32,000 nt of DNA, taken from assembly GCA_000175855.1 (NCBI GenBank), contig ACYB01000040.1:1-32000 (forward strand), written 5' to 3'. Positions 9,818-18,812 of the stretch are shown here, piece after piece. The DNA is from Raphidiopsis brookii D9. GTDB taxonomy: Bacteria > Cyanobacteriota > Cyanobacteriia > Cyanobacteriales > Nostocaceae. The position numbers and the translations under genes are program-made. The notes beneath the pieces are model-generated. The model searched no databases and was not told where the DNA came from. It saw only the letters and a program-made list of their open reading frames with translations. Position 1 is the stretch's first letter. Every line of letters begins with the position of its first letter.

Positions 9818-10889
9818 TTTTTTCCTTAACCAATCTGTGTCGATACAATTCAGTTTCTAATTGAACCAAGCTAGGGGTTAACACAGGTAAAAATGCCACC
9901 TCTCTTAGTCGTCGAGCTGTGCCGCTCGGTTTCAAATATCCAGTACCTCCTTTGGCCTCTAATTCCATTTGAACCACTTCAACTGCTAAACGGGTTAATT
10001 TAACTCGTACTTCAAATAGCTGACGCATTTGTGTCAAAGTAAAGGCTGATAAGTTGCTCAAATAGGAAATATGATTTTCCAGATTTGACAATGTTGCTGT
10101 ACTAGCTCCTAATCGTGAGGCTAACACCTCCCGGTTATTGGTATTTATACTTTGCCTAGTTTCTTTCAGAGATCTCCGTGCCATACCCAGAGCTAATCCA
10201 CATTGCATTAGCAAAAATGCGGGACGAATTTTGGGTAAGAATTCTGCCCCATTGTCACTAATAATCCAAGAATGGCAAAGCTGCACATTATTGAATTTCA
10301 GGCTACTTGTCCAGGATGCCTGTAACCCAAGTAGCTGTAGATCCTCTCCCCGATTTAATCCAGAGATGTCAGCAGGAACTGCAATTACCATGGACTTCCC
10401 ACAGTCGGTTTGCCCTGCAACTGCAATCACAAATTTTTCCGGACGTAGATTGGAGGCCCAGGGCAAAAAACCGTTGATAGTCACATTTTCGTTATCGATC
10501 TCGACTTGTAGCCGCAGTTTTTCAATCCCTGCCAGATATTTCATCGCATTAGACAGACCAGTAGCACCTGATAACTCTCCTTTGAGTACCATGGGCAAAA
10601 TTTCTGACTGGAGGTAATGGTTACCACTAGCAGATAGATATTCCATAAATGCTCTTTGGCACCAAAACACAAAACCACTGGTAAGACATTGTTCAGAAAC
10701 ACTGGCGATCGCCTCTACCACATCTGATAAACCACCCCCGGAACCACCTAAAGAAGAAGATAGTCCCAATGCTAAGTAACCCGATCGTGCCAGGGTAATC
10801 AGAGACTTATCAATACTGAATCCATTTAATCCATCATTAAAGTATCCGGCACATTCAGATAATTGCAGTGTTGAATCTTGGAGGAGCAT
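9789..10889 (-). CDS. acyl-CoA dehydrogenase-like flavoprotein (possible SfnB/DszC-type monooxygenase)
   Basis: ACAD-fold pattern: SGYLALGLSSSLGGSGGGLSDVVEAIASVSEQC..., GATGLSNAMKYLAGIEKL..., VEVVQMELEAKGGTGYLKPSGTARRLREVAFLPVLTPS. ORF open to 10934 (TTG), preferred ATG 10889. Confidence 0.7.
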   Translation of the reverse strand: MLLQDSTLQLSECAGYFNDGLNGFSIDKSLITLARSGYLALGLSSSLGGSGGGLSDVVEAIASVSEQCLTSGFVFWCQRAFMEYLSASGNHYLQSEILPMVLKGELSGATGLSNAMKYLAGIEKLRLQVEIDNENVTINGFLPWASNLRPEKFVIAVAGQTDCGKSMVIAVPADISGLNRGEDLQLLGLQASWTSSLKFNNVQLCHSWIISDNGAEFLPKIRPAFLLMQCGLALGMARRSLKETRQSINTNNREVLASRLGASTATLSNLENHISYLSNLSAFTLTQMRQLFEVRVKLTRLAVEVVQMELEAKGGTGYLKPSGTARRLREVAFLPVLTPSLVQLETELYRHRLVKEKSDGLPYNCH

Positions 10890-10899
10890 AAAACTTTCC

Positions 10900-11427
10900 T
10901 CAGTGTAGATTACGGATGGAAGTAAGAGCATCAATGGGCGCGCCTAGGATTTCCCGGGCCTGCTTAACAGTAGACTCATCAGGGCTTTCATATAAACATA
11001 AGCACTTACTTAAGTCTTCACAAACATAAGTACGTTCAAATTTTACCTGTGGCACCTGAGCGTAGAGAGGCGACTTTTCTGCTTTTCGCTGCAAGTAACC
11101 CTCCATGGTCAACCCAGCTGGTAAATTCCACTCTACTAAGTAGTTGGCATTGTGTTTGCGTGCCTTCAAAGTTGTTAAATCCTGTCCCAGGAGACGTACT
11201 GGCTTAACTGTAGTAGTAGCTAACCCACCTGCTTCAAAACTTTTTTGGGCGATCGCCGGTTCAAGGGCATCAATCACCACAAACAGTCGTTGCAAATCTT
11301 CTCCTACCTGGGCCTCGATTAATTCTGCACCAAAGTTGATTGCAGCAGTAGCAATGACATCCAGGGACTGTCCGATCTTTTCCGCTTGCAGTTCCGTAAT
11401 AAATCCCTCAATTAAGTACAGTGACAT
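10900..11427 (-). CDS. DUF4242-like (SCO4226-type ferredoxin-like fold) protein, possibly two tandem domains
   Basis: C-terminal half NYLVEWNLPAGLTMEGYLQRKAE...VKFERTYVCEDLSKCLCLYESPDESTVKQAREILGAPIDALTSIRNL matches the DUF4242 pattern. Confidence 0.6.
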   Translation of the reverse strand: MSLYLIEGFITELQAEKIGQSLDVIATAAINFGAELIEAQVGEDLQRLFVVIDALEPAIAQKSFEAGGLATTTVKPVRLLGQDLTTLKARKHNANYLVEWNLPAGLTMEGYLQRKAEKSPLYAQVPQVKFERTYVCEDLSKCLCLYESPDESTVKQAREILGAPIDALTSIRNLH

Positions 11428-11698
11428 TTCATCTAAACCTCACAGAAGTCAGTGAACCACCAGTTAAAGCCTGGTGAAGAAACAATAGTTACTACACTAC
11501 ATTTATACTACTGTTACTTGGTAGGTTTATTGTAGTTATATAAATCATACAGGGCAAAGATAAAAAAAGCAACAAAGTTAGATTTTTTAAACAAAAAAAT
11601 AGGCTTATTTAGATAACAAGAATTTCATTTCCAAATACGCCTATATTTTTTAATGAGGATGGTAAAGAGTAAAAATAGACCCTAAAGTTGAAGGAGGC

Positions 11699-12301
11699 TC
11701 AGGAAACCACAGCAGCCACATTTTGGAAGTAGACTGGCTCATTTCCCAATCGCCACTTGATGTTACAACCAATGCTAGGCTTCTGGTTATGACTCACCTG
11801 GTGACCAGCTAAAATAGCTGTAATGGCAGCTCGTAAATCTTTGCCAGTTACGGGGATACCATTTTGAGGACGACTATCATCTAACTGTCCACGGTAGATA
11901 AGCTTCCGTTCAGCATCAAACAAAAAGAAATCAGGGGTACAAGCAGCAAAAAAGTCCTTTGCGGTTTTTTGTGTTTCATCAAAAAGCACAGGATAAGCCA
12001 GATCTAATTCCTGGGCAAAAGCCTTCAAAAATTCTGGTGCATCATCGGGATGACTACTAATATCATTAGCACTAATAGCCAGGATTCCCAAATTACTTTC
12101 TAGATAATCTTTTCCTAACTGGGCCAATTCAAACTTAATGTGTTGCACAAAGGGACAGTGGCGACTCAAGAATATGACTAGTAAAGCTCTTTTATCGGCA
12201 AAGTCAGCCAGGGAAAATGACTTACCAGAAACCACATCTGGTAAGTAAAAATTCGGAGCTAAGGTGCCCAAAGGTAACATTGTCGAAGCAGTTTTGACCA
12301 T
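11699..12301 (-). CDS. thioredoxin-fold redoxin (AhpC/TSA or TlpA-like) protein
   Basis: GTLAPNFYLPDVVSGKSFSLADFADKRALLVIFLSRHCPFVQHIKFELAQLGKDY...ACTPDFFLFDAERKLIYRGQLDDSRP. ORF open to 12388, preferred ATG at 12301. Confidence 0.8.
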   Translation of the reverse strand: MVKTASTMLPLGTLAPNFYLPDVVSGKSFSLADFADKRALLVIFLSRHCPFVQHIKFELAQLGKDYLESNLGILAISANDISSHPDDAPEFLKAFAQELDLAYPVLFDETQKTAKDFFAACTPDFFLFDAERKLIYRGQLDDSRPQNGIPVTGKDLRAAITAILAGHQVSHNQKPSIGCNIKWRLGNEPVYFQNVAAVVS

Positions 12302-12344
12302 AAAACATGTATCCTTGAAATAATTGACGCAAATCTGACGTAAA

Positions 12345-13262
12345 TCAAACACCCACAGGTACACGCTTATTATAATAAATAGAGGCATCCCCTTTCACGG
12401 CTTGACTTTTTTGACCATTAACACTAACGGGTACATCACCTACAATAGTAACTCTCTGAACCCGACGAGGCTGATTACCATAATCTGCTATGGCATAGTG
12501 TTGGGTAGCGCGATTATCCCAAAATGCCACATCACCCACTTTCCAACGCCAACGGACTGTATTTTCTGGGCGCGTTACATAGGACTGCAACAATTGAATA
12601 ATATGATCTGACTCCGTTGTAGATAGTCCCCTAATCTGTCTGACGAAACCACCGATAAATAATCCTTTTTCCCCAGACTCAGGATGAACACGTACTACTG
12701 GATGTAAAGTTTCATACACAGTTGAGGTAAAAACTTCTCGATAAGCCTTGAGATCCTCGGAAAGATTGACTGCAGCTTCGGCATAGTCATAGGCATTGCT
12801 GTGAACTGCCCATAGCTCATCAGCAAGTTGACGCAGGTGTTCTGGTAAGTCGCGATATGCTGTTACGGAATTGCCCCAAATAGTATCACCACCATAAGCC
12901 GGAATTTCTAAGGCCCGCAAAATAGAACCCAGAGGAGGACGGTCCACAAATGTGACATCAGTATGCCAATTGTTTGCACGAGCAGCTGTTTTCCCATAGT
13001 CCAAATCTAATATTTCTGGGTGACCTGTTAAAGATGGAACTGTAGGATGAGCTGTTGTAATTTCTCCAAATCGACGGGCAAAATCGATTTGATTCTCAGC
13101 ACTAAGATGTTGATTACGGAAAAAGATTACTTTATATTCAACAAGGGCACGACGAATTTCACTAATAATTGCATCACTGAGATTTTCTTGCAAATCAATT
13201 TCTAAGATCTTGGCACCGATACGTCCAGCAATTGGCTTAATCTTTAAGTATTGATAAGTCAT
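12345..13262 (-). CDS. TauD/AtsK-family Fe(II)/2-oxoglutarate-dependent dioxygenase (alkylsulfatase/taurine dioxygenase type)
   Basis: NNWHTDVTFVDRPPLGSILRALEIPAYGGDTIWGN (HxD motif), LWAVHSNAYDY, distal VAFWDNRATQHYA and downstream Arg. Confidence 0.9.
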   Translation of the reverse strand: MTYQYLKIKPIAGRIGAKILEIDLQENLSDAIISEIRRALVEYKVIFFRNQHLSAENQIDFARRFGEITTAHPTVPSLTGHPEILDLDYGKTAARANNWHTDVTFVDRPPLGSILRALEIPAYGGDTIWGNSVTAYRDLPEHLRQLADELWAVHSNAYDYAEAAVNLSEDLKAYREVFTSTVYETLHPVVRVHPESGEKGLFIGGFVRQIRGLSTTESDHIIQLLQSYVTRPENTVRWRWKVGDVAFWDNRATQHYAIADYGNQPRRVQRVTIVGDVPVSVNGQKSQAVKGDASIYYNKRVPVGV

Positions 13263-13335
13263 TTTCAGCTCCTAAATACTATCCGTTATAAAAGACTTAC
13301 CCAAACTTACCCAGCACTAGACCTAATTATACAAA

Positions 13336-13364
13336 ATAACTGGAACTAAGGGGTAGTTGGTGAT
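13336..13364. repeat. copy 1 of a 29-bp direct repeat ATAACTGGAACTAAGgGgTAGTTGGTGAT
   Basis: 27/29 identical to 13523-13551 by direct reading. Confidence 0.85.
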
Positions 13365-13522
13365 CTATTTCTGCTTTGTCTTAACTACAAAATATTTAAA
13401 CACTAAATGCCTATCGATATTTAGCAGTATTAATGTATATTCCCAGGAAATTATTCAAAAAACAAGTATCTATCAATACATTTTTTGATTCAATACATTT
13501 CTTTATTTATTGAAAATGATTC

Positions 13523-13551
13523 ATAACTGGAACTAAGCGATAGTTGGTGAT
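13523..13551. repeat. copy 2 of a 29-bp direct repeat ATAACTGGAACTAAGcGaTAGTTGGTGAT
   Basis: 27/29 identical to 13336-13364, offset 187 bp. Confidence 0.85.
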
Positions 13552-13898
13552 TTTTGCCCTACCAGTAAAAATACAAAAATGTATTCCCTAATACTTGACT
13601 TTTATATTTTTTATGCAGTAGTATCAGGGGCGTGATTTAAATACGGTTACTCTATCGAGTTTTAGTAGATAACTAAAACCAATGGGTGTAACCATTTTGT
13701 TTGAGCAATCATGTTATCGCGTCTGACTAAGGCGTGCAAGTCTACTGAGGGATAACCGCTCGCTCCCGTTGAAGTAGAAAGTAAAGTCTAGTTTCGTCTA
13801 GGTTTTATGTAGCAGAATGTGTAGAACTTTTCCATTTCAAAGTTTTTACGCTTTTTTGAACAAAAAATGTGTTCTTTTGTATATGTGTGGTGAGAGGA

Positions 13899-15575
13899 AT
13901 GAAAAAACCCGCTGAAAATTTATTAATTGTTTTGCCCATATCCCTAGGATTATTAGCCATAACCAGTGGACCTAAGACTATTGCCAGTGAATCAAGAAAA
14001 GAAAATGAGCAGATAAATCAGCAACTAGATGTTTTATACACACAGAATCAAGATAGCGGGTCCCAAACTACATCAGTTTCGCAGTTTTCAGATGTACAGC
14101 CAACAGATTGGGCATTTCAAGCATTACAGTCCTTAATTGAGCGATACAACTGTATTAGTGGTTATCCAGACAGTACATTTCGTGGTGGACGCACGTTGAA
14201 CCGCTATGAATTTGCCGCCAGTCTGAGTGCCTGTTTAGAAAGAGTTAATGAAATAATTAGTTCTGCAACATCAGATTTAGTGCCTAGATCTGATTTAGAC
14301 AAAATTGATCAACTAACTGGTGAGTTTAAGAATGAACTTAGTCAATTTAGGGGAAGACTAGATAAGTTAGAAAGAAGACTAGATAAAGTGGAAGCCAATC
14401 AGTTTTCCACAACAACAAAATTACAGGGTGCAGTCCAGTTTGTACTGGGAGGAGTTTTAAGAGGGAATAACGTTATAACTAAACAACCTGCCCCCCGTAA
14501 TATCACATTTCAAGAGCAAGCTCGTTTAATACTAAACAGTAGTTTCACGGGTAAGGATCAGCTGCGGTTAACCCTTGTGGGTGGCAATATTGAGTCATTA
14601 GGAAATGCCAGTGGAGCTGGTGTTTTTGGAACATTCGATGGAAGAACAGCAGACAATCGTAGCCCTGCTTTTGCAGCTAATCAGATTGTCCTAGCTGGTG
14701 TTCGTTATCGTTTCCCCATCGGGAAAAACACACAATTCAATATTTTTGCTCAGTCTGATGGAGCGAACGAAATTGGTTTAAGTGGTCCGACCAATCCATT
14801 TGAAGGGTCTGCTTCCAATGGAATATCAAGATTTTCTCGACGCAACATGGTTTATAACTATGGGGATACAGGCCCGGGAATTGCTATTCTTCACAATTTA
14901 AGTGACCAATGGCAATTAGGTTTATCATACACAGCTCCCAATGGTGACAATCCCGCAGTTAATAATGGACTGTTTGCTGGTAGATATGTAGCTTTTGGAC
15001 AAATAACATATTTTAGTCCTAAGAAAAATTTCCGTTTTGGTCTAAGCTATGCCAACACTTACAGTCCAGCAGGTACCATTGGTCAGGGTGGAACCAACTT
15101 TGGACCTGCTGCAGGTAGTAATTTGGCTAACAGTATTATTCCCACAGAAAAAGGTGGTGCAGGAACACTTGGTAATCTATATGGTGTTGGTGCATTGTAT
15201 AGGATTAATCCTAGATTGACCTTTAATGTTTTTGGGGGCTACTCGGCACATCGATACCTAAGAAATGGTGACGGTGAAGTCTGGAACTGGGGTGCAGGGT
15301 TAACATTCCCTGACTTAGGTAAAAAGGGTAGTCTAGGTGCTATTTTTGCTGGTATGGCACCGAAATTGACTGGTTTAAGTTCCAATATTGATTTGGGAGC
15401 AGGTAAAGGTAAAACTGATAAAGATACCTCCTTACATATTGAAGGATGGTACCAATATAAGCTGACTGATAATATTCAAATTACACCTGGATTTATTTGG
15501 ATAACAGCACCGAATTCAAATAGTACTAATCCCGCCAGTTTGGTTGGTTGGCTACGTACAACTTTTACCTTCTAG
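13899..15575 (+). CDS. cyanobacterial outer-membrane porin (SLH domain + OprB-type beta-barrel, iron-uptake-porin family)
   Basis: SVSQFSDVQPTDWAFQALQSLIERYNCISGYPDSTFRGGRTLNRYEFAASLSACLERVNE (SLH), coiled-coil region, then beta-barrel-like C-terminus ending WLRTTFTF; GAGAGG precedes ATG 13899. Confidence 0.9.
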   Translation: MKKPAENLLIVLPISLGLLAITSGPKTIASESRKENEQINQQLDVLYTQNQDSGSQTTSVSQFSDVQPTDWAFQALQSLIERYNCISGYPDSTFRGGRTLNRYEFAASLSACLERVNEIISSATSDLVPRSDLDKIDQLTGEFKNELSQFRGRLDKLERRLDKVEANQFSTTTKLQGAVQFVLGGVLRGNNVITKQPAPRNITFQEQARLILNSSFTGKDQLRLTLVGGNIESLGNASGAGVFGTFDGRTADNRSPAFAANQIVLAGVRYRFPIGKNTQFNIFAQSDGANEIGLSGPTNPFEGSASNGISRFSRRNMVYNYGDTGPGIAILHNLSDQWQLGLSYTAPNGDNPAVNNGLFAGRYVAFGQITYFSPKKNFRFGLSYANTYSPAGTIGQGGTNFGPAAGSNLANSIIPTEKGGAGTLGNLYGVGALYRINPRLTFNVFGGYSAHRYLRNGDGEVWNWGAGLTFPDLGKKGSLGAIFAGMAPKLTGLSSNIDLGAGKGKTDKDTSLHIEGWYQYKLTDNIQITPGFIWITAPNSNSTNPASLVGWLRTTFTF

Positions 15576-15636
15576 GCCATTTCTTCAGGGGGTTGGGTAA
15601 AAGTATAATTTATTGCAATAAGCTGTAATCTTTTCG

Positions 15637-15665
15637 ATGCGTTAGGTGATAGCCGTAACGCATCC
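15637..15665. terminator. GATGCGTTA...TAACGCATC hairpin downstream of porin (possible terminator or dispersed palindromic repeat)
   Basis: perfect 9-bp arms 15637-15645 / 15657-15665, about 60 bp after the porin stop. Confidence 0.5.
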
Positions 15666-15769
15666 TACCCCCCCATACATTACTTAATAGTAAATTGCTA
15701 AACTGGCTAATTTTTAAGTCTTTTTGAACTGCAGTCTACTGTAACAGTTAATTAATTATCCGTAAAACC

Positions 15770-16813
15770 ATGAAAATACCATTTCTTTCCCAACGTCGTG
15801 CGGCCTTAAAACGCATTCTTCAATACTCAGTTCTAGGATTATTTAGCTTGTCTTTCCCCTTATTAAGTATTAGTTTGCAGCCAACTCAAGCACAACAAAA
15901 ATCCGGTTTTAGTTCTAAGGAGATTAACTTGGCATATCAAACATCAGGAGACATTGTTAAGGTGAAAAAGGTTGTTGAACCGAGATTTCAAGCTCTAGGT
16001 GTAAAGGTAAATTGGATTGGTCCATTTCCAGCAGGTCCCCAATTGATAGAAGCCATGAATGCAGGCAAAGTGGATATTGGTACTGTAGGAGAAACACCAC
16101 CAATTTTTTCTCAAGCTGCTGGAATCACGGAAGTGATTTATATTGCTGGCAGAGTGCCTAGTAGAGGATTAGGGCAAGGTGTTATTGTGAGGGCTAATTC
16201 TCCTATTAAAAAATTAGCTGATATTAAAGGTAAGAGGGTTGCTTTTCAAAGAGGATCTAATGCCCACTACTTATTAGCCAAAGCCCTAAAAGAAGTAGGA
16301 CTAAAAATCAGTGATGTCACAGTAGTTGGGTTAACACCATCGGAAGCTCGTGATGCTTTTGTACAGGATAAGGTAGAGGTTTGGGTAGGTGGTGACCCCT
16401 TTTTAGCACTCGTGGAAAAAACCATTCCCGTTCGTAATCTCAGAAATGCAGCAAGAATTAATACTCTAGGTGGTTTTTATTTAGGTAGACGGGAGTTTAT
16501 CAACAAAAACCCCCAATTGGTACGTATATTTCTAGAAGAGGCGGATAAGATTGGGGAGTGGGCAGAGAATAATCCCAAGGAAGTGGCTAAGGCGTTTGCA
16601 CCTGAATTAAAAATAGATGAGTCAGTTTTAGAAACCGTGGCACGGAGACGTACATATAGACTCAGAAAGCTGACACCAGCAATTATTGCCGAACAACAGC
16701 AGGTTGCTGATTTCTATTTCGAAGAAAAAATCATCCCGCGTAAAATTAACGTCAAAGATACAACTCTTCCTTCTGAATTATCTAGGGTAATCACACCTGA
16801 CCGTTTGAAGTGA
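15770..16813 (+). CDS. ABC transporter substrate-binding protein, SsuA-like (aliphatic sulfonate type), Sec signal peptide
   Basis: leader ...LQPTQAQQ, then INLAYQTSGDIVKVKKVVEPRFQALGVKVNWIGPFPAGPQLIEAMNAGKVDIGTVGETPPIFSQAAG; paralogous to the 2097-3212 protein. Confidence 0.88.
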   Translation: MKIPFLSQRRAALKRILQYSVLGLFSLSFPLLSISLQPTQAQQKSGFSSKEINLAYQTSGDIVKVKKVVEPRFQALGVKVNWIGPFPAGPQLIEAMNAGKVDIGTVGETPPIFSQAAGITEVIYIAGRVPSRGLGQGVIVRANSPIKKLADIKGKRVAFQRGSNAHYLLAKALKEVGLKISDVTVVGLTPSEARDAFVQDKVEVWVGGDPFLALVEKTIPVRNLRNAARINTLGGFYLGRREFINKNPQLVRIFLEEADKIGEWAENNPKEVAKAFAPELKIDESVLETVARRRTYRLRKLTPAIIAEQQQVADFYFEEKIIPRKINVKDTTLPSELSRVITPDRLK

Positions 16814-16904
16814 TTTGTAGGTAGTATATTAACCTCAATTTGGGTTAAGCGCTTAGATACATTCCGTTAAAAGCCATTTACATTTATTCAATAGTGAGTT
16901 TTTT

Positions 16905-18713
16905 ATGCAACAAGGTCATAATTCCGATGCAGAAGATTCTTCCCCACATCATGAGAATAACAAGAAGGGGAAACGCCTTAATTCTAACCTGGGTATAAAT
17001 AGACGTTCATTTATTGGTCGTGGCGGTCTTGCCGGAGGCTTTCTCATCGGTATAACAGGTGCATCCTTGATTGAGAACGGCAAAACAAGTGTTGTTCAAG
17101 CTCAGAACACGGCAATTAAGGGTAAATACCCCAAGTTATTAGAGAAAACCTACAATATACGTGTATCAGCAGCGAAAGCAAATCGAGAAACTCCTGTTCC
17201 CCCCCAACCAACAAATGGTGATGAGGATCTCTATCCTAACAAAATAGGTTCTGATTCAAGAGGTTTGCCCCATAATAATTTGGGTGAAGTCGACCTCAAG
17301 GCTTATGAAACCTTAACCAAAGCGATAAGAACTCATAATCATGATGATTTTGAAAATGTTATTTTGGGTGGTACAAGGAAATTGGTTAATGCTCAGGCTC
17401 CTCTAGCTGTCAGTTTAGAAGGGACTAGCCCGTTACAAGTATCAGTTCCACCACCACCTAACTTAACAAGTCCAGAAAGAGCTCATGAAGCAATTGAGCT
17501 TTATTGGCAAGCTTTACTACGAGATATCCCTTTCCACAAACTGCAAAATAACACTGATGATCCTCTGGTTTTAGCTGCGGTTGAGGAACTAAATCAACTC
17601 TCTAATTTTAAAGGTCCCAAGGAAAATGGACGTGTGACCCCCCAAAGTCTATTTCGTGGTAGTGTTACCTATGTTGACAAAAATGATCGGTCTGGAAAGA
17701 CTTCAAAACACGTTACCCCACCGGGAGTACTTATTGGACCTCATATCTCCCAATTTGCACTGCTAAATATACCTTGGGGAGTCCAATATGTTCCACCTGT
17801 AATTCGCACCACTGTGTCGGGCAATGACTTTCTGACTGATTATGAGGAATGGTTAAATGTACAGAATGGTGGTACCCCAAAACAGTCCACTTTTGATCCG
17901 ATCCGCCGTTACATTTCTACTATTCGTGACCTGTCAGAGTTTTCCCATACCCCCGGCGCTTCATTTTATGGTGCCTCTTTAATTCTTGCTACCACCAGAA
18001 ATGCTAAAGATCCCCTGAGTGGAGGGATTGGTGCACCCTTTAATCCGGGCAATCCATTCGTCAAATCAAAAACTCAACAGGGTGGTAATGGTTCTTTTGC
18101 TGTTGGACACCTACAAGCTTTATTAAGCTTGAGTACATCCCGTGCCATCAGGGTAGCATATTGGCAAAAATATTATGTACACCGCATACTGCGTCCTGAA
18201 GCATATAGTGGGTTAGTCCACCACAATATTCTCAATAGAACTCAATATCCAGTTCATAGAGCTATCTTGAATTCTAAAGCTCTGGCTAGGAGTTTTAGCA
18301 AGTTTGGTTCTTATTTGTTACCCCATGGATATCCTGAAGGATCACCTATTCATTCATCTTATGTTGGTGGTGCAGCTGCGATCGCAGGTGCAAATGTCAC
18401 CATTCTCAAGGCATATTTTGATGAGAATTTTGTCATTCCCAATCCCGTAATTCCCGATCCAAATGACCCAACTAAAGTTATTCCCTATAACGGAGATCCC
18501 TTAACCATAGGTGGTGAGTTGAATAAGCTAGCTACAAATTATGCTCTCGGTCGCGGACATGGTGGTATTCACTGGCGTACGGACGGTTCTGCTGGACTGG
18601 CTTTAGGAGAAGAAGTTGCTATTGCCATTCTTAAGGATGAGTCCTTGGGTTACAATGAGAAGTTTGCGGGCTTTACCTTCACCAAATTTGATGGCACTAA
18701 GGTTACGGTTTAA
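16905..18713 (+). CDS. Tat-exported vanadium-dependent haloperoxidase homologue with altered active-site motif
   Basis: NRRSFIGRGGLAGGFLIG twin-arginine leader; YWQKYYVHRILRPEAYSGLVHH, PEGSPIHSSYVGGAAAIAGANVTILKAYF, GRGHGGIHWRTDGSAGLALGEEVA match the conserved blocks of vanadium bromoperoxidases. Confidence 0.8.
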   Translation: MQQGHNSDAEDSSPHHENNKKGKRLNSNLGINRRSFIGRGGLAGGFLIGITGASLIENGKTSVVQAQNTAIKGKYPKLLEKTYNIRVSAAKANRETPVPPQPTNGDEDLYPNKIGSDSRGLPHNNLGEVDLKAYETLTKAIRTHNHDDFENVILGGTRKLVNAQAPLAVSLEGTSPLQVSVPPPPNLTSPERAHEAIELYWQALLRDIPFHKLQNNTDDPLVLAAVEELNQLSNFKGPKENGRVTPQSLFRGSVTYVDKNDRSGKTSKHVTPPGVLIGPHISQFALLNIPWGVQYVPPVIRTTVSGNDFLTDYEEWLNVQNGGTPKQSTFDPIRRYISTIRDLSEFSHTPGASFYGASLILATTRNAKDPLSGGIGAPFNPGNPFVKSKTQQGGNGSFAVGHLQALLSLSTSRAIRVAYWQKYYVHRILRPEAYSGLVHHNILNRTQYPVHRAILNSKALARSFSKFGSYLLPHGYPEGSPIHSSYVGGAAAIAGANVTILKAYFDENFVIPNPVIPDPNDPTKVIPYNGDPLTIGGELNKLATNYALGRGHGGIHWRTDGSAGLALGEEVAIAILKDESLGYNEKFAGFTFTKFDGTKVTV

Positions 18714-18812
18714 TAGTTGACTTCAAATTCAACTTGATCAATTAGGAATATGGGGAATATACTTTTCTCATATTCCGGCAATTTAATAAACCATAGTAAA
18801 CATATAATGAAT

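Noticed and set aside
10138-10617. 159-aa plus-strand ORF opposite the ACAD-like gene
   Set aside because: Antisense shadow ORF, low-complexity Ser/Pro/Arg-rich, no start context.
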